This document shows, in pieces, positions 1 to 11,748 of a DNA stretch of 64,000 nucleotides (within the stretch, counting starts at the first letter, position 1; each line of letters opens with the position of its first letter). Source of the stretch: an uncultured Gammaproteobacteria bacterium (GTDB taxonomy: Bacteria; Pseudomonadota; Gammaproteobacteria; DRLM01); contig CAVSNY010000007.1 in NCBI GenBank assembly GCA_963729605.1, forward strand, positions 192,001 through 256,000, written 5' to 3'. Position numbers and translations under genes: made by a program. Under the pieces are notes generated by a model. It was not told the origin of the DNA, searched no databases, and saw only the letters and a list, made by a program, of their open reading frames with translations.

Positions 1-16
1 CGGTCTCGGGTCGCAC

Positions 17-901
17 ATGAATTTGAGGAGCAGTTCTTTGATCGAACATTTTGAACCTTTGCGCAATATGGAAACTTTCAGCGATGAGATGTTCAATCGC
101 ATCATCGCCTTTCAAGAGCGCCAGCACCCGGCCTGGAAGCCCGAGTTGCCGTTCGCGCAGCGCATCGCGGGGTTGCCGCTGCATTATTTGATCTTCAGTT
201 GTCCCGACCGCGATCCCGCCAAGTTCGGCCCCACGGTGGCGCCGTATATTCCGCTGCGCGACGAACTGCGCAGGATCGCGTTGTATGCGCGTCAAGTCGC
301 CGCCGAGCCGGTGGTGTGCGATTTTCATCCCGGTAACGGCTTCGTCGGCAGCCTGCTGGCGCGCGAAGGACTGAAGGTGATCGGGGTGCGCGATCCGGCG
401 GCCAAGCCGAATCAGATCCAAAATTTTTATGATCGCGAGGTGTATGCGCTGCGCGAGCAGGCCGTCGCCGATATCGATTTTCCCTTCGACGTGGCCTTTT
501 CGTCGTGGATGCCGGCGGGGGTGAATTTCACGCCGGAGATCGTCAAGCACCGGCCCAAGCTCATCGTGTTCATTCACACCAAACACGTCAACGAAGAGAC
601 CGGTGTGCCGCAGACCGGCACGCCCGCGGCTTACACCGAGTTGCCCGCCGGTTATCAATTGATTCATGAATGGGGAATGACCCGGGTCAAGGATGTCTTG
701 CACGAGGTGTGGCCCGATCTCACGCCCAGCATCGAGGAGACGCGTTACGTCAAAGTGTACGCCGCCGAGGGTTATCACGGCATCGAGATACCGGACGAGT
801 TGCCGGCGGCCGAGCCTTATGATTGGGAGCGCGAGTTGGAGATGGCCTTGTTGGCGATCCAGGCCAAGGAACATTTGCGCGCGCAAGGCGTGCAGGTTTA
901 G
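17..901 (+). CDS. Hypothetical protein, possible SAM-dependent methyltransferase-like fold
   Basis: 294 aa ORF with host-like codon usage; motif VVCDFHPGNGFVG resembles a class I SAM-binding loop; true start may be the ATG at 68. Confidence 0.6.
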   Translation: MNLRSSSLIEHFEPLRNMETFSDEMFNRIIAFQERQHPAWKPELPFAQRIAGLPLHYLIFSCPDRDPAKFGPTVAPYIPLRDELRRIALYARQVAAEPVVCDFHPGNGFVGSLLAREGLKVIGVRDPAAKPNQIQNFYDREVYALREQAVADIDFPFDVAFSSWMPAGVNFTPEIVKHRPKLIVFIHTKHVNEETGVPQTGTPAAYTELPAGYQLIHEWGMTRVKDVLHEVWPDLTPSIEETRYVKVYAAEGYHGIEIPDELPAAEPYDWERELEMALLAIQAKEHLRAQGVQV

Positions 902-946
902 CCGCGGTTACAAACCCGCTGCCCAATACCGAATAGAGTTCCCCGC

Positions 947-1832
947 TCAGCGGATTTCGCTGAGCAGCCGGTCGATCATGCGCTCCGCCTGCGCCGCGTA
1001 GCCGCCGCCGAATAAATTGAAGTGATTCAGCACGTGATACAGGTTGTAGAGTTGCTTGCGCAGCGCATAACCGTCGGGCAGCGGATAGTGGTCGCGATAG
1101 GCCGCGTAAAAGCGTGGTGAAAAGCCGCCGAACAATTCGGTCATGGCGAGATCGGTTTCGCGGTCGCCGTAATACACCGCCGGATCGAAGATGACCGGCT
1201 GGCCGGTGGTCAGCGCCGCGTAATTGCCCGACCAGAGATCGCCGTGCAGCAGCGAGGCGGCCGGCGCGTGATTTGTTAATAAACTTGCGACGCCATCGAG
1301 CAGGCGTTCACCTTTAGTCCGCAACGCCGTGCCGCAACCCCGTTGCGCGGCGAGTTGCAATTGATAACTGCAGTCGCCGCTCGCGCCAGAATTCCGGCCA
1401 ATCATCACAGGGCGTATTGATCTGCGGCGTCGCGCCGATGGCGTTGTCGCGATGCCAGCCGAAACGTGGCGCGGTGTGGCGATGTAACGCGGCGAGTTGC
1501 GCGCCCAATCGATCGGCGCTGTCGGACTCTCCGCGGCCGAACGGCAAATGTTCGAGAACTAGATAGGCCGTCTCGCCGTGGATCGCCCAACAAATCGGCG
1601 CGGGAACGCGAATCGCGCCGCTGGCCGCCAATGCCTGCAACCCTTCCGCTTCCGCCGCGAACATCTCCCTGACGGCGGACTCATGGAGTTTGACGAAATA
1701 GTGCTGATCCCGGTCCGCGATGACGTAAGTTTGATTGATGCAGCCGCCGCCGACCGCGTGCCGGGTGAGCGCGCTAAAAGGCCGGCCGGTGGCGGCGCTG
1801 ATGGCGGCGGCGATGGCAGGCCAGAGGGTCAT
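947..1832 (-). pseudogene. Fructosamine kinase family protein, split by one frameshift
   Basis: N-half in ORF 1314..1832 (VGGGCIN, YFVK, FGWHRDNAIGATPQIN); C-half in ORF 947..1408 (LLHGDLWSGN, IFDPAVYYGDRETDLAMTELFGGF); one extra T near 1365-1369 (CTG CAG T TAT CAA on minus strand). Confidence 0.8.
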
Positions 1833-2079
1833 GGCGAGGAGCGGTGTGTTGCGGGTCCGATTTTATTGTAAAGGAAATCGCGGGGACTACGCGGCGATTC
1901 TGAAAAATTGAGTTGACCGCCAAGACGGCGGGAAAGTCGCGGTATGAAAAATCAAATCTTGGCGCCTTGGCGCTTCAGTATGATGTGTTCAGGATGAATG
2001 GACGGATGAAGCGACTGATGTATGCCCTGCGCCTGAAGCGAGGCGCAGGGCATGGATATGGAGTTCGTGAAAGCAGGAT

Positions 2080-3231
2080 TTATCCCGCGGCGCGCACATT
2101 GGCTGTTTGGAAGGCCAGCAGTTTGCTGTTGACGGCCGCGAGTAGATTATCGAAAGATTTGGCGAAGGATTTGACGCCCTCATCTTCCAATTGTTGGGTG
2201 ATAGCGGCGAGGTCGATATCGACGGTTTTGAGCGCGGCGAGCTGGGCATGGGCCTCGTCCCAGCCCGACAGCAGGGTGGTCTGCGGCCGGCCGTGTTGTT
2301 TATACGCGGCATAGGTGGCCGGCGGTACCGTGTTGACGGTGTCGGGCCCGATCAGCTGTTCGATATACATCACGTCGCTGTAATTGGGATTCTTGACGCC
2401 GGTGCTGGCCCATAACAGACGCTGAGGCGCGGCGCCCGCCTGTTTGAGTTTGTCGAAACGCGGCGACGTGAACAGGTGCTGATACCATTCGTAAGCCACT
2501 TTGGCGTTGGCGATGGCGATTTTTCCTTGCAGCTTTTGTAAGGGTTCACGCTCGGCGCCGCTGAGTTTGGCGAGACGTTCGTCGAGTAACTTGTCCACCG
2601 TGGCATCGACGCGGCTGACGAAGAAACTTGCCACCGAAGCGATGCCTTTTACCGGAAGGCCGCGCCGCAGGCGGGCATCCAAGCCGGCGAGATAGGCCTC
2701 GGTGATTTCCTTGTAACGCTCCACCGAGAACAAGAGGGTGACGTTGACGTTCAATCCTTCTGAAATCAATTTCTCGAAGGCGACCACCCCTTCGCGGGTG
2801 GCCGGTACTTTGATCATGAGGTTGGCGCGGCCGACCCGTTTCCAGAGGCTGAGCGCCTCGGCGACGGTGGCCTCGGTGTCGTAGGCGAGATCGGGCGAGA
2901 CTTCCAGACTCACCATGCCGTCCTGACCGTGACTGGCCTCGTATACCGGCTTCAATAAATCGGCGGCGGCTTGGATATCTTCGATGGCCAAACTGAAGAA
3001 GGCCGCGCGCGCATCGGGTTTGTGCGCCCCCCGGCTGAAACGGGCCAGGCCTTCGTCGTAATCCTTGGAAGCCGCGATGGCCTTTTCAAAAATGGTGGGG
3101 TTGGAGGTAATGCCCCGCAGACCGTCATCCTTGATCATGCTCGCCAATTCACCGGATCGCAGCATCTTGCGCTCAATATTGTCATACCAGACGCTTTGGC
3201 CGAATTCCTGTAGGCGTTTGAGTGGGTTCAT
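2080..3231 (-). CDS. tal: Transaldolase
   Basis: [50 protein letters not shown] motifs. Confidence 0.95.
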   Translation of the reverse strand: MNPLKRLQEFGQSVWYDNIERKMLRSGELASMIKDDGLRGITSNPTIFEKAIAASKDYDEGLARFSRGAHKPDARAAFFSLAIEDIQAAADLLKPVYEASHGQDGMVSLEVSPDLAYDTEATVAEALSLWKRVGRANLMIKVPATREGVVAFEKLISEGLNVNVTLLFSVERYKEITEAYLAGLDARLRRGLPVKGIASVASFFVSRVDATVDKLLDERLAKLSGAEREPLQKLQGKIAIANAKVAYEWYQHLFTSPRFDKLKQAGAAPQRLLWASTGVKNPNYSDVMYIEQLIGPDTVNTVPPATYAAYKQHGRPQTTLLSGWDEAHAQLAALKTVDIDLAAITQQLEDEGVKSFAKSFDNLLAAVNSKLLAFQTANVRAAG

Positions 3232-3464
3232 GCGGGTTCTCCTTCAATGGCGCATCAAGGCGTTGGAATATCCACCGAGGTTATCGGCGATCGCGGCTTG
3301 AGGTTGAGGACGGCGCGGGTAGATTGTGTGACCCCTGTCCGGCTGGCGGGTTCCTTTGATTCGAAGGGTCGTGCATCCATTCAGGGATAAGCCTAAAATC
3401 AAATATAGATCAAAAGACCGGCTTATCATAGGGACATTAACTTACAGGTTAAAAGGATCGCACT

Positions 3465-3677
3465 ATGTATCTAAAACATAAGGCATCGGGTTCCTTGGTG
3501 GAGGTATTGGATATGAGCGCGTTGAGCGACCCCTGCCGAGGCTATTTGTCGGGACGGTTTCATGCCGGGGAGGAGCTGCAGGACCCCTCGGATTTCGCCA
3601 AGGGCGATTTGAGTTTCCCCTCGGGCGAGGATCTGCCCCGTTGCTGGAAGGATCCAGGTTACAAAAATGTGATGTGA
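3465..3677 (+). CDS. Small conserved hypothetical protein
   Basis: 70 aa, RBS AAGGA; ends in F-P-S-G-E-x-L-P-R-C-W-x-D, a conserved small-protein pattern known from cyanobacteria and proteobacteria. Confidence 0.75.
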   Translation: MYLKHKASGSLVEVLDMSALSDPCRGYLSGRFHAGEELQDPSDFAKGDLSFPSGEDLPRCWKDPGYKNVM

Positions 3678-3795
3678 TTAGCCCTTTTCCGGGTCAACCG
3701 GACTCACGGAAATTTGTTAGGAGGACGATACAAAATGTAGTGGGAATGTACAGTGTCGGCGCGCAAGCCGGGTAAATGGTGAGGTCTAGAAGACC

Positions 3796-4254
3796 ATGTA
3801 TTTCCGAAAGTTCGCTTTTGCGATGCTGACTTTAGCGCTGGCGCCGATGGCCCAAGCCGATTCAGGGGATAATGACAGCGGGCATGCGCCGTCACGGGGT
3901 CCGATATCGGTTTGTTTGAATGCTTCAATCACGTTATATCCGTGCTTGTCGCTTACCCCGTCTTTATCACCCGCTTTAAGTGGGACATCTTCATACGACG
4001 GCGCCCCGCTGCGTGGCCAACCCGAGGCCTCTACTCATCTTTTCACTTTTTCGATCAAGCACCGCGATCCCGCCAGCCTCCACTGGAGTAGCTTGCGCCG
4101 ATTCGATGGGGTGGACCTTAACTTCAATCTGGACCCTACCGGCGCCGGGATGAACATGGATATGGGCGGTTTGGAATTCAACGTCATCTTGGATGAAGGG
4201 GAAGATACCCTGATAGAGCCGCGCTTTTTCCTCGGGATTGATAGGGCCTGGTAA
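3796..4254 (+). CDS. Secreted or outer-membrane hypothetical protein
   Basis: Signal-peptide-like N-terminus (LALAPMAQA), C-terminal aromatic residue (..GIDRAW), RBS GAGG. Confidence 0.55.
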   Translation: MYFRKFAFAMLTLALAPMAQADSGDNDSGHAPSRGPISVCLNASITLYPCLSLTPSLSPALSGTSSYDGAPLRGQPEASTHLFTFSIKHRDPASLHWSSLRRFDGVDLNFNLDPTGAGMNMDMGGLEFNVILDEGEDTLIEPRFFLGIDRAW

Positions 4255-4345
4255 ATCCGCTTTATTTCCGTAGCGGCTTTTAATGAAAACCGGCGTGGGA
4301 CCGGACCGGGGCGGCCGGCGCATCGGATGATGCGGACCGATGAGA

Positions 4346-5518
4346 TCAGCCGAGGGGTTTTTTATCCTGGCCCCCGAACCAGCGTTCCAGCCATATATCC
4401 ACCGCGCCCCAAAACTGCTCCGGCACTCGCCGGTACCAAGGCCGGTTTTTCCAATGTACTAATAGATATTCCTTGCTGTCGGCGAAGTCGTCATTGAGCA
4501 TGGCGCGCACCTCGGCGGCGAACCCCTCATCGGCGATTTCCTGATTGGCTTCCAGGTTCCAGCGCATGGTCCAGCGGTCGATGTTGCTGGAGCCGATACT
4601 CACCCATTCGTCGCATAGCAGGACCTTGGAATGGGTGAAGCGCGGCTGATATTCGAAGATACGCACGCCGTGCCGCAGCAGCCGGTAATAAAACCGCCGG
4701 CCGGCGTGGCGTACCGCCGGGTGATCGCTGTGTGGTCCCGGCAGCAGCAGCCGTACCTCCACGCCGCGCCGCGCCGCGCGGATCAAGGCCCGCCGCAGTT
4801 TGATGGGGGGTACGAAGTAGGCGGTGGCGAGCCACACCCGGCGGGCCGCCCCCCGCACCCGGTTGAGGGCACTGCGTTGGATCTCCGGATAAGCGATGCC
4901 GCGGGTATAACAGACCCTGCCGAATTGCGCACCCGCGCCGACGGGCGGGATGACCGGCGGGTTCAACCCTCCACGCGCGTGACGCCGCCAGGTCTGGACG
5001 AACAAATTTTGCCAGTCCGTTACCACCGGCCCGGCGATGGCGACGACGGTCTCCCGCCAAGGCGGCTGATCGAGGCGGACCGGCGCGAACTCATCGGTGA
5101 GGCCCATGCCGCCGACGTAGGCGCGGACGCCGTCGATCAAAAGCAACTTGCGGTGGTCGCGAAAAAAATTGCGGCGCAAGCGTCCATAGTGGAGACGGTT
5201 GAAATACGCGACCCGGATTCCGTCGGCGCCGAGCCGTTCGCGGTCCGGTCGTTTCAAACCCCGCGAGCCGAAATCGTCCAACAACAGATAAACGGCCACG
5301 CCGCGCGCGGCGGCCTCGCAAAACGCCGTAATGAATTGGTCGGCGACCTGCCCGGATTCGATGAGATACATTTCCAGCAACACGAAGGAGCGGGCCGCGC
5401 CGATGGCCTCCAACATGGCCGGGAAAAACGCGCCGCCGTCGATGAGTAACTCGAAGCGGTTGCCGTCGCGCCAAGGAAAGGTGGGGGTGTCGCTGCTCGC
5501 GCTCGGCGTGGGAGGCAT
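4346..5518 (-). CDS. clsB: Cardiolipin synthase B-type phospholipase D
   Basis: Two HKD motifs (HRKLLLID, HSKVLLCD), no N-terminal TM pair. Confidence 0.85.
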   Translation of the reverse strand: MPPTPSASSDTPTFPWRDGNRFELLIDGGAFFPAMLEAIGAARSFVLLEMYLIESGQVADQFITAFCEAAARGVAVYLLLDDFGSRGLKRPDRERLGADGIRVAYFNRLHYGRLRRNFFRDHRKLLLIDGVRAYVGGMGLTDEFAPVRLDQPPWRETVVAIAGPVVTDWQNLFVQTWRRHARGGLNPPVIPPVGAGAQFGRVCYTRGIAYPEIQRSALNRVRGAARRVWLATAYFVPPIKLRRALIRAARRGVEVRLLLPGPHSDHPAVRHAGRRFYYRLLRHGVRIFEYQPRFTHSKVLLCDEWVSIGSSNIDRWTMRWNLEANQEIADEGFAAEVRAMLNDDFADSKEYLLVHWKNRPWYRRVPEQFWGAVDIWLERWFGGQDKKPLG

Positions 5519-5786
5519 GCGCTGATGTCGCTTATGGCAAAGAGAACCGACTATAGCGGATTTGCCCCAGGATGAGGAGGCAGCGGGGTGGAACGGAAAT
5601 AACGTCCGAGGCGGATGCCGCGCCGGTCAGCGGTTTGCGGCGCGGGGGTCATCGCGCGATTTTCGCTTTGGTCCGCCCCCCGCGGCGCGGTATGATGGCC
5701 GCGCGTAATTCAGCCCGTGAAAATAACCGTCCGGTGAATTGGTCGTCGCGCGATACATCCATGCCCGTGCCGCAGTGGGGAGATTT

Positions 5787-6302
5787 GTGCCGTCATTCGT
5801 GAAAACGTTCTGGGAGATTTGCATCCTCCAAGCGGCGCCGCAGGATTTGCCTACCTCGCGTTCGTTGCTGCTCTTCAGCCTGGCCGTTTATTTCGCCATC
5901 AATCTGTTCTCGGGATGGCTGCAAATCTCGGCACCGCTGGCCTTGCCGGCGGCCTTGGCGGATACCGTGTTGCTGGTGGTGCTGACCCGCGTGATGCTGT
6001 GGGTGCGTTCCTTCGACGCGCGTTTCGTGCAAACCCTCACCGCCCTGGCGGGTAGCGGCGCGGTGATGGGGCTGATCGCCACCCCGATCTTGTATTGGCA
6101 GCATTACGCCGGCGGCGCGGAAGGCGAATTCACCCTGCCTTCGCTGCTGTTGCTGTTGTGGATGGCCTGGAGCGTGGTGGTGATGGGGCATGTGTTGAGA
6201 CATGCCATGTCGACCATGCTGGTGATCGGTCTCACCCTGGCGGTGATCTATATGCACTTCGCGTTTCGCTTGCTGCACTTTTTATTTTTGACGAATAAAT
6301 AA
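5787..6302 (+). CDS. Hypothetical inner-membrane protein
   Basis: About 5 hydrophobic segments, PQDLP motif, GTG start after GGGAGA, ends 1 bp before mpl. Confidence 0.75.
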   Translation: MPSFVKTFWEICILQAAPQDLPTSRSLLLFSLAVYFAINLFSGWLQISAPLALPAALADTVLLVVLTRVMLWVRSFDARFVQTLTALAGSGAVMGLIATPILYWQHYAGGAEGEFTLPSLLLLLWMAWSVVVMGHVLRHAMSTMLVIGLTLAVIYMHFAFRLLHFLFLTNK

Positions 6303-6303
6303 C

Positions 6304-7668
6304 ATGCACATCCACATCCTCGGCATCTGCGGCACCTTCATGGGCGGCATCGCGCTGCTGGCGCGCGAAATGGGCCTGCGGGTCACCGGCTCGGACGCCA
6401 ACGTCTATCCGCCCATGAGCACGCAGCTGGAGGCGCACGGCATCGGTTTGATGCAGGGCTTCGAGGCCGCCCACCTTGAACCGGCGCCGGACCTGGTGGT
6501 GATCGGCAACGCCTTGTCGCGCGGCAACGCCGCCGTGGAATACGTATTGAACCGCGGTATCCCGTATACCTCGGGCCCGGCCTTCCTCGCCGACGTGGTG
6601 CTGAAGGATCGCTGGGTGCTGGCGGTGGCGGGCACCCACGGCAAGACCACCACCAGCGGCATGCTGGCGTGGATCTTGGAATACGCGGGCCTGCGGCCGG
6701 GTTTTCTGATCGGCGGCGTGCCGAATAATTTCGGCGTGTCGGCCCGCCTGGGCGACGCGCCGTTTTTCGTGGTGGAGGCCGACGAATACGACACGGCCTT
6801 TTTCGACAAGCGTTCCAAGTTCGTCCACTACCGGCCGCGCACGGTGATTTTGAACAATCTCGAATTCGACCACGCCGATATTTTTCCCGACCTCGCCGCC
6901 ATCCAGCGGCAGTTTCATCACCTGGTGCGCACCGTGCCCGGCGGCGGGCTGATCGTCGCGCCCCGCCACGACGACAACGTGAAAGACATGCTGGCGCAAG
7001 GCTGCTGGACGCCGGTGGAATATTTCGCGGTCGGCGACGACCTTGAGTGGAGCGTGCGCGATAAGGCGCCCGACGGCGGCCGCTTCGCCGTGCATTGGCA
7101 GGGTCAGCGCAAAGGGGTGGTGGAGTGGGAATTGATGGGCGACCACAACGTTCACAACGCGCTCGCCGCCATCGCCGCCGCCCGCCACGCCGGGGTGGCG
7201 CCGGAACACGCCATCGCCGCGCTCGCGGAGTTTCGCAACGTCAAACGACGCATGGAGCAGCGCGCGCAGGTGAACGGCATCACCGTCTACGACGACTTCG
7301 CCCATCATCCCACCGCCATCGCCACCACCCTGGCCGGCCTGCGGCGGCGGGTGGGCGGGGCGCGTATCATCGCGGTGCTGGAGCCGCGTTCCAACACCAT
7401 GCGGCTCGGGGTGCACCGCGAGGAGTTGGCGCCCAGTCTCGCCGGCGCCGACGCGGTGTTCCTCTATCAACCCGCGGACTTGCGCTGGGATGTGCACGAG
7501 GTGGCGCGCGCCGTCGGACCGCGCGCCCAAGTTTGCGGCGACATCCCCGCTTTGACGCGGGAAATCGCCGCGCTTGCGCGGCCCGGCGATCACGTGTTAA
7601 TCATGAGCAACGGCGCCTTCGGGGGCCTGCACGACAAACTGGCGGAGGCACTCAAACATGAGCCGTGA
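6304..7668 (+). CDS. mpl: Murein peptide ligase
   Basis: [50 protein letters not shown]. Confidence 0.97.
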   Translation: MHIHILGICGTFMGGIALLAREMGLRVTGSDANVYPPMSTQLEAHGIGLMQGFEAAHLEPAPDLVVIGNALSRGNAAVEYVLNRGIPYTSGPAFLADVVLKDRWVLAVAGTHGKTTTSGMLAWILEYAGLRPGFLIGGVPNNFGVSARLGDAPFFVVEADEYDTAFFDKRSKFVHYRPRTVILNNLEFDHADIFPDLAAIQRQFHHLVRTVPGGGLIVAPRHDDNVKDMLAQGCWTPVEYFAVGDDLEWSVRDKAPDGGRFAVHWQGQRKGVVEWELMGDHNVHNALAAIAAARHAGVAPEHAIAALAEFRNVKRRMEQRAQVNGITVYDDFAHHPTAIATTLAGLRRRVGGARIIAVLEPRSNTMRLGVHREELAPSLAGADAVFLYQPADLRWDVHEVARAVGPRAQVCGDIPALTREIAALARPGDHVLIMSNGAFGGLHDKLAEALKHEP

Positions 7669-8260
7669 TGCCATCGCATTGGCCATGACCGGCGCGTCGG
7701 GCGCGATTTATGGCCTGCGTCTGCTGGAATGCCTGCTGCGCGCCGAGCAAAAAGTCTATCTCATGCTCTCCATGCCGGCGCAGGTGGTGATCGGCATGGA
7801 GACCGAATTCAAACTTCCCGGCCGTCCGGCCGAAATACAAGAGGCGCTGGCCGCGCGTTATAACGCCAAGCCCGATCAGCTGAGCGTGTTCGGCCGCGAG
7901 CAATGGACCGCGCCGGTGGCCAGCGGCTCCAGCGCCCCGCGCGCCATGGTGATTTGTCCCTGCACCAGCGGCACGCTTTCCGCCATCGCCCAGGGCAGCA
8001 GTGATGATTTATTGGAGCGCGCCGCCGATGTGGTCATCAAGGAACAACGTCAGCTCATCGTGGTGCCGCGCGAGATGCCGCTATCGGTCATCCATCTGGA
8101 AAACATGCTCAAGCTGGCGCGTCTGGGCGTCACCATCATGCCGGCCTGTCCCGGTTTTTATCACGAACCGCGCCGCATCGAAGATTTGGTGGATTTCGTG
8201 GTCGCGCGTATCCTGGATCACCTCAAGATCGAACAAGACCTGGTACCGCCCTGGGGGTGA
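7658..8260 (+). CDS. ubiX: Flavin prenyltransferase UbiX
   Basis: [36 protein letters not shown]. Confidence 0.95.
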   Translation: MSRDAIALAMTGASGAIYGLRLLECLLRAEQKVYLMLSMPAQVVIGMETEFKLPGRPAEIQEALAARYNAKPDQLSVFGREQWTAPVASGSSAPRAMVICPCTSGTLSAIAQGSSDDLLERAADVVIKEQRQLIVVPREMPLSVIHLENMLKLARLGVTIMPACPGFYHEPRRIEDLVDFVVARILDHLKIEQDLVPPWG

Positions 8261-8263
8261 GCC

Positions 8264-8857
8264 ATGCTGAACCGCCTGCATATCCCGCTTTTTCCGCTCA
8301 ACAGCGTGTTGTTTCCCGGTGGTGTTTTGCCGCTGCGGGTCTTCGAACCCCGTTACATGGACATGGTCAGCGCCTGCATGCGCGAGCAGTCGGGTTTCGG
8401 CGTGTGCCTGATCCTCAGCGGCAAGGAAGTGGGCGAGGCCGCCACCACCTATGACGTGGGCAGCCTGGCCCGCATCATCGACTGGGATCAGCGCGAAGAC
8501 GGCATGCTCGGCATCACCGCCCAAGGCCAGCAACGTTTTCGCATTCTCTCCTCCCACGTGCGCCCCGGCCAATTGCTCTGCGCCGAGGTCGAGCTGCTGG
8601 AGGAACCCGCCGCCGTACCCATCCCCGCGCGCTTCGCCCACGCCGTGCCCTTGCTGCGCGATCTCATCGAGCGCCTCGGCGGTCTGCACGCCGAACAACC
8701 GGCCTCATACGACGACGCCTGCTGGGTGAGCGGCCGCCTCGCCGAACTGCTGCCCATCGGTCTGCCGCAACGACAATACCTGCTGCAATTGGACGACCCC
8801 GTCGAACGCCTGGAGCGTTTGTGCGATATGTGGGATTGCATGCAGGGAGAAGAATAG
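8264..8857 (+). CDS. LON peptidase substrate-binding domain protein
   Basis: IPLFPLNSVLFPGGVLPLRVFEPRYMDMV. Confidence 0.92.
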   Translation: MLNRLHIPLFPLNSVLFPGGVLPLRVFEPRYMDMVSACMREQSGFGVCLILSGKEVGEAATTYDVGSLARIIDWDQREDGMLGITAQGQQRFRILSSHVRPGQLLCAEVELLEEPAAVPIPARFAHAVPLLRDLIERLGGLHAEQPASYDDACWVSGRLAELLPIGLPQRQYLLQLDDPVERLERLCDMWDCMQGEE

Positions 8858-8967
8858 CCACCGTGGCCGGCGTATAAAAACCACCCCTATCCCGTCAAGC
8901 GAGGCGGTGCAACGCACCTCGGCCAGATTAAAATACGTGGAATTCAACCGGCAACCGGGAGGTGCCC

Positions 8968-9552
8968 ATGGAAGCAGCCGCCGTCCAACATGTACCGGCG
9001 ATCATCGAGCAGGCGGCGAAAAGTCCCTTGGGTCTGTTCGCCTTGATGGTGATCGCCCTGTCGGCCTTGGGTTTCGTATTCTTCCGCCGTTCGTCCGAGC
9101 GGACCCGCATCGCGATGTTCGTGATGCTGTTCGTCGGCGTGGTGTCCTTCGGCGTGGCGGCCATGCGCATCACGCCCGGTGTGACGGCCGGCCCGGAGGC
9201 CGCCGCCGTCGCGGTGGCGGACATCGACGGCGAGTGGCGGGCGGAGGTGAAATACGATTGGGGCGATACCCATAACGAAGACTTCGCGTTTAACTACGAC
9301 GGCACCGAGGTGCTGGGCACGGCGTCTTATCTGGGCAAAAAACGCGCGCTGTTCGAGGGTCAGCTCAAAGGCGACCGGATCAGCTTCATCACCAAGAGCC
9401 AGCAAAGCATCAGCAGCGACGATTCCATCCGCGAGGTCGTGCATCATTACACCGGCAAGGTCGCGGGCGATCGTATTCAATTCGTGTTGCGCAGCGCAGG
9501 CGGCTTCACCGAGCATGTCCCGGTGGAATTCACCGCGCTGCGCACGCGATGA
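8968..9552 (+). CDS. Hypothetical protein, two TM helices plus a beta-rich soluble domain
   Basis: RBS GGAGGT before ATG 8968; host-like codon usage. Confidence 0.7.
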   Translation: MEAAAVQHVPAIIEQAAKSPLGLFALMVIALSALGFVFFRRSSERTRIAMFVMLFVGVVSFGVAAMRITPGVTAGPEAAAVAVADIDGEWRAEVKYDWGDTHNEDFAFNYDGTEVLGTASYLGKKRALFEGQLKGDRISFITKSQQSISSDDSIREVVHHYTGKVAGDRIQFVLRSAGGFTEHVPVEFTALRTR

Positions 9553-9687
9553 GCGCGTAATGGAGATTAAAAGATGCGATAGGCGTCGGGCGGAATTTTC
9601 CACGATGCGCGCATGATAGGCGCGTAGCAGGTCATGGGTTGCGCAAACCGAACTTCGCCCGTCGATATTGAAAAACCTAGCGCAACA

Positions 9688-9830
9688 CTCGCTCTTTCGG
9701 CGGGAGAGTGGAGGGGTGAAGGGGCTCGGATGAGTGGCCTCACTTCGCGAAAGCCCTTTTTCCCATCCTCCCTTACCTCGTCCTGACATCGGCGCCCTCC
9801 TTCGCCAAGCCCCTCTCCCGCGAGAGCAAG
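9688..9830. repeat. Degenerate inverted pair of CCCTCTCCCG-type REP-like elements
   Basis: ctctttcggcgggagagtggaggggtgaagggg facing ccctccttcgccaagcccctctcccgcgagag; same family as the element at 55824. Confidence 0.45.
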
Positions 9831-10005
9831 AAGTTCGCGCCGGCCGGTAATCCTTATTCCAATTTTGAAATGAGCCTGGTTTCGCCGGGAGGCTATGCTT
9901 ATGGCGTCCAGCGGCGCTATGCTGAGCCTGAGGAAATGCGCGGCATGTTGCTTTTCGCGCAGTGGTCCTGCCTCTGGTCGCTTAAAGGATGAATCGCCGC
10001 CTTTC

Positions 10006-11748
10006 ATGATGCGCCGTCTGCAAGAAATCCGGATTCCCGCGCCGCAATTCGCCGTGGCCTTGCGCGAAAGTTTGGCGCAGGGTTACGGACGCGACGATTT
10101 ACGCGCCGATGCGCTGGCGGGGTTGACGGTGGGCATCGTCGCGATACCGCTGGCCATGGCGCTGGCCATCGCCAGCGGCGTGCCGCCGCAGTATGGTTTG
10201 TACACCTGCATCGTCGCCGGGCTGGTCATCGCGCTCAGCGGCGGTTCGCGGGTGAATGTGTCCGGACCCACCGCCGCCTTCGTGGTGATACTGCTGCCGA
10301 TTACCCACGCCTATGGTGTGGGCGGTTTGGTGGTGGCCTCGTTGATGGCGGGTTTCATCCTGCTCGCCATGGGCTGGTTGCGGCTCGGCGGTTTGGTGCA
10401 TTTCATTCCCCATCCGGTGACCACCGGTTTTACCGCGGGCATCGCGGTGGTCATCGCCAGTTTGCAGATCAAAGATCTGCTCGGTCTCGAGACCGAGGCG
10501 GCGGGCGCGCATTTTTTCGAGCGGCTGCAGGGCATCATCGCCGCTCTGCCGAGTTGGCATCTGGCGGACGCCGGCGTGGGCGCGCTCACCCTCGCGCTCA
10601 TGTTGTGGTGGCCGCGTTGGAAGTTGCGCGTGCCCGCGCACCTGCCGGCGCTGCTGGCGGGCGCATTGTTCGCCGCTTTGTTGGGTTGGTTGTTGCCCGA
10701 ACATCAGGCCGCCACCATCGGCTCGCGTTTTTCCTACAGCATCGACGGCATTTTGCATCACGGCATCCCCGCGCTGCCGCCGCTGCCGGTATGGCCCTGG
10801 GAATTGCCCGGCGCCGACGGTCATGCGGTGGGCTTGTCGTTCGCCATGATTCACGCCTTGATCGCTCCGGCCCTGGCCATCGCCATGCTGGGGGCCATCG
10901 AGTCCTTGCTGTGCGCGGTGGTGGCCGACGGTTTGGCGGGTACCAAGCACGATCCCAACGCCGAACTCGTCGGCCAGGGTTTGGGCAACATCATCGCGCC
11001 TTTCTTCGGCGGCTTCGCCGCCACCGCCGCCATCGCCCGCACCGCCGCCAACGTCCGCGCCGGCGCGCGCAGTCCTATCGCCGCCGCCGTGCACGCGTTG
11101 GTGGTCTTGCTCGCGGTAATCGGTTTCGCGGGCTTGCTGGCCTATGTGCCCATGGCTTCGCTCGCGGCGCTGCTGCTCATCGTCGCCTGGAATATGAGCG
11201 AGGTGAAACACGTCATCAACACGTTGAAGATCGCCCCGGCCAGCGACGTGGCGGTGCTGCTGGTGTGTTTCTTCCTCACCGTGGTATTCGACATGGTGGT
11301 GGCGGTGGGCGTGGGTGTGGTGCTGGCGGCCCTGCTGTTCATGCGCCGTATGGCGGAACTCACCGGTACGGAAGTGGTGACGCCGCGCGAGCATCCCCAC
11401 CTCGCCGACCTGCCGCCGCAGGTGGCGGTGTACGACATCAACGGCCCGTTATTTTTCGGCGCGGCGGAAAAGGCGCTGGACAACCTGCGACAAGTCAGCC
11501 CCGAGGTGCGGGTGGTGATCATCGACATGAGCGACGTGACCATGATAGACATGACCGCGCTGGTGGCCTTCGATTCGCTGGTGAAAAACATGCGCAAGAA
11601 AAAAGTCGCGCTGGTGATTTGCGGCCTGCGCCCGCGCCTCGTCACCAAGCTGGCCAACACGGGTATCCGTTCGGAGGAGGGTGTGTTGCGTATTTGCGAT
11701 ACGCTTACGCAGGCTCGCGTGGTGGCATTGGAGTTGGCGAAAGAGTAG
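10006..11748 (+). CDS. dauA: SulP family transporter with STAS domain (DauA/YchM-like)
   Basis: AGLTVGIVAIPLAMALAIASGVPPQYGLYT, SGPTAAFVV, LGAIESLLCAVV, C-terminal STAS (GPLFFGAAE). Confidence 0.88.
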   Translation: MMRRLQEIRIPAPQFAVALRESLAQGYGRDDLRADALAGLTVGIVAIPLAMALAIASGVPPQYGLYTCIVAGLVIALSGGSRVNVSGPTAAFVVILLPITHAYGVGGLVVASLMAGFILLAMGWLRLGGLVHFIPHPVTTGFTAGIAVVIASLQIKDLLGLETEAAGAHFFERLQGIIAALPSWHLADAGVGALTLALMLWWPRWKLRVPAHLPALLAGALFAALLGWLLPEHQAATIGSRFSYSIDGILHHGIPALPPLPVWPWELPGADGHAVGLSFAMIHALIAPALAIAMLGAIESLLCAVVADGLAGTKHDPNAELVGQGLGNIIAPFFGGFAATAAIARTAANVRAGARSPIAAAVHALVVLLAVIGFAGLLAYVPMASLAALLLIVAWNMSEVKHVINTLKIAPASDVAVLLVCFFLTVVFDMVVAVGVGVVLAALLFMRRMAELTGTEVVTPREHPHLADLPPQVAVYDINGPLFFGAAEKALDNLRQVSPEVRVVIIDMSDVTMIDMTALVAFDSLVKNMRKKKVALVICGLRPRLVTKLANTGIRSEEGVLRICDTLTQARVVALELAKE

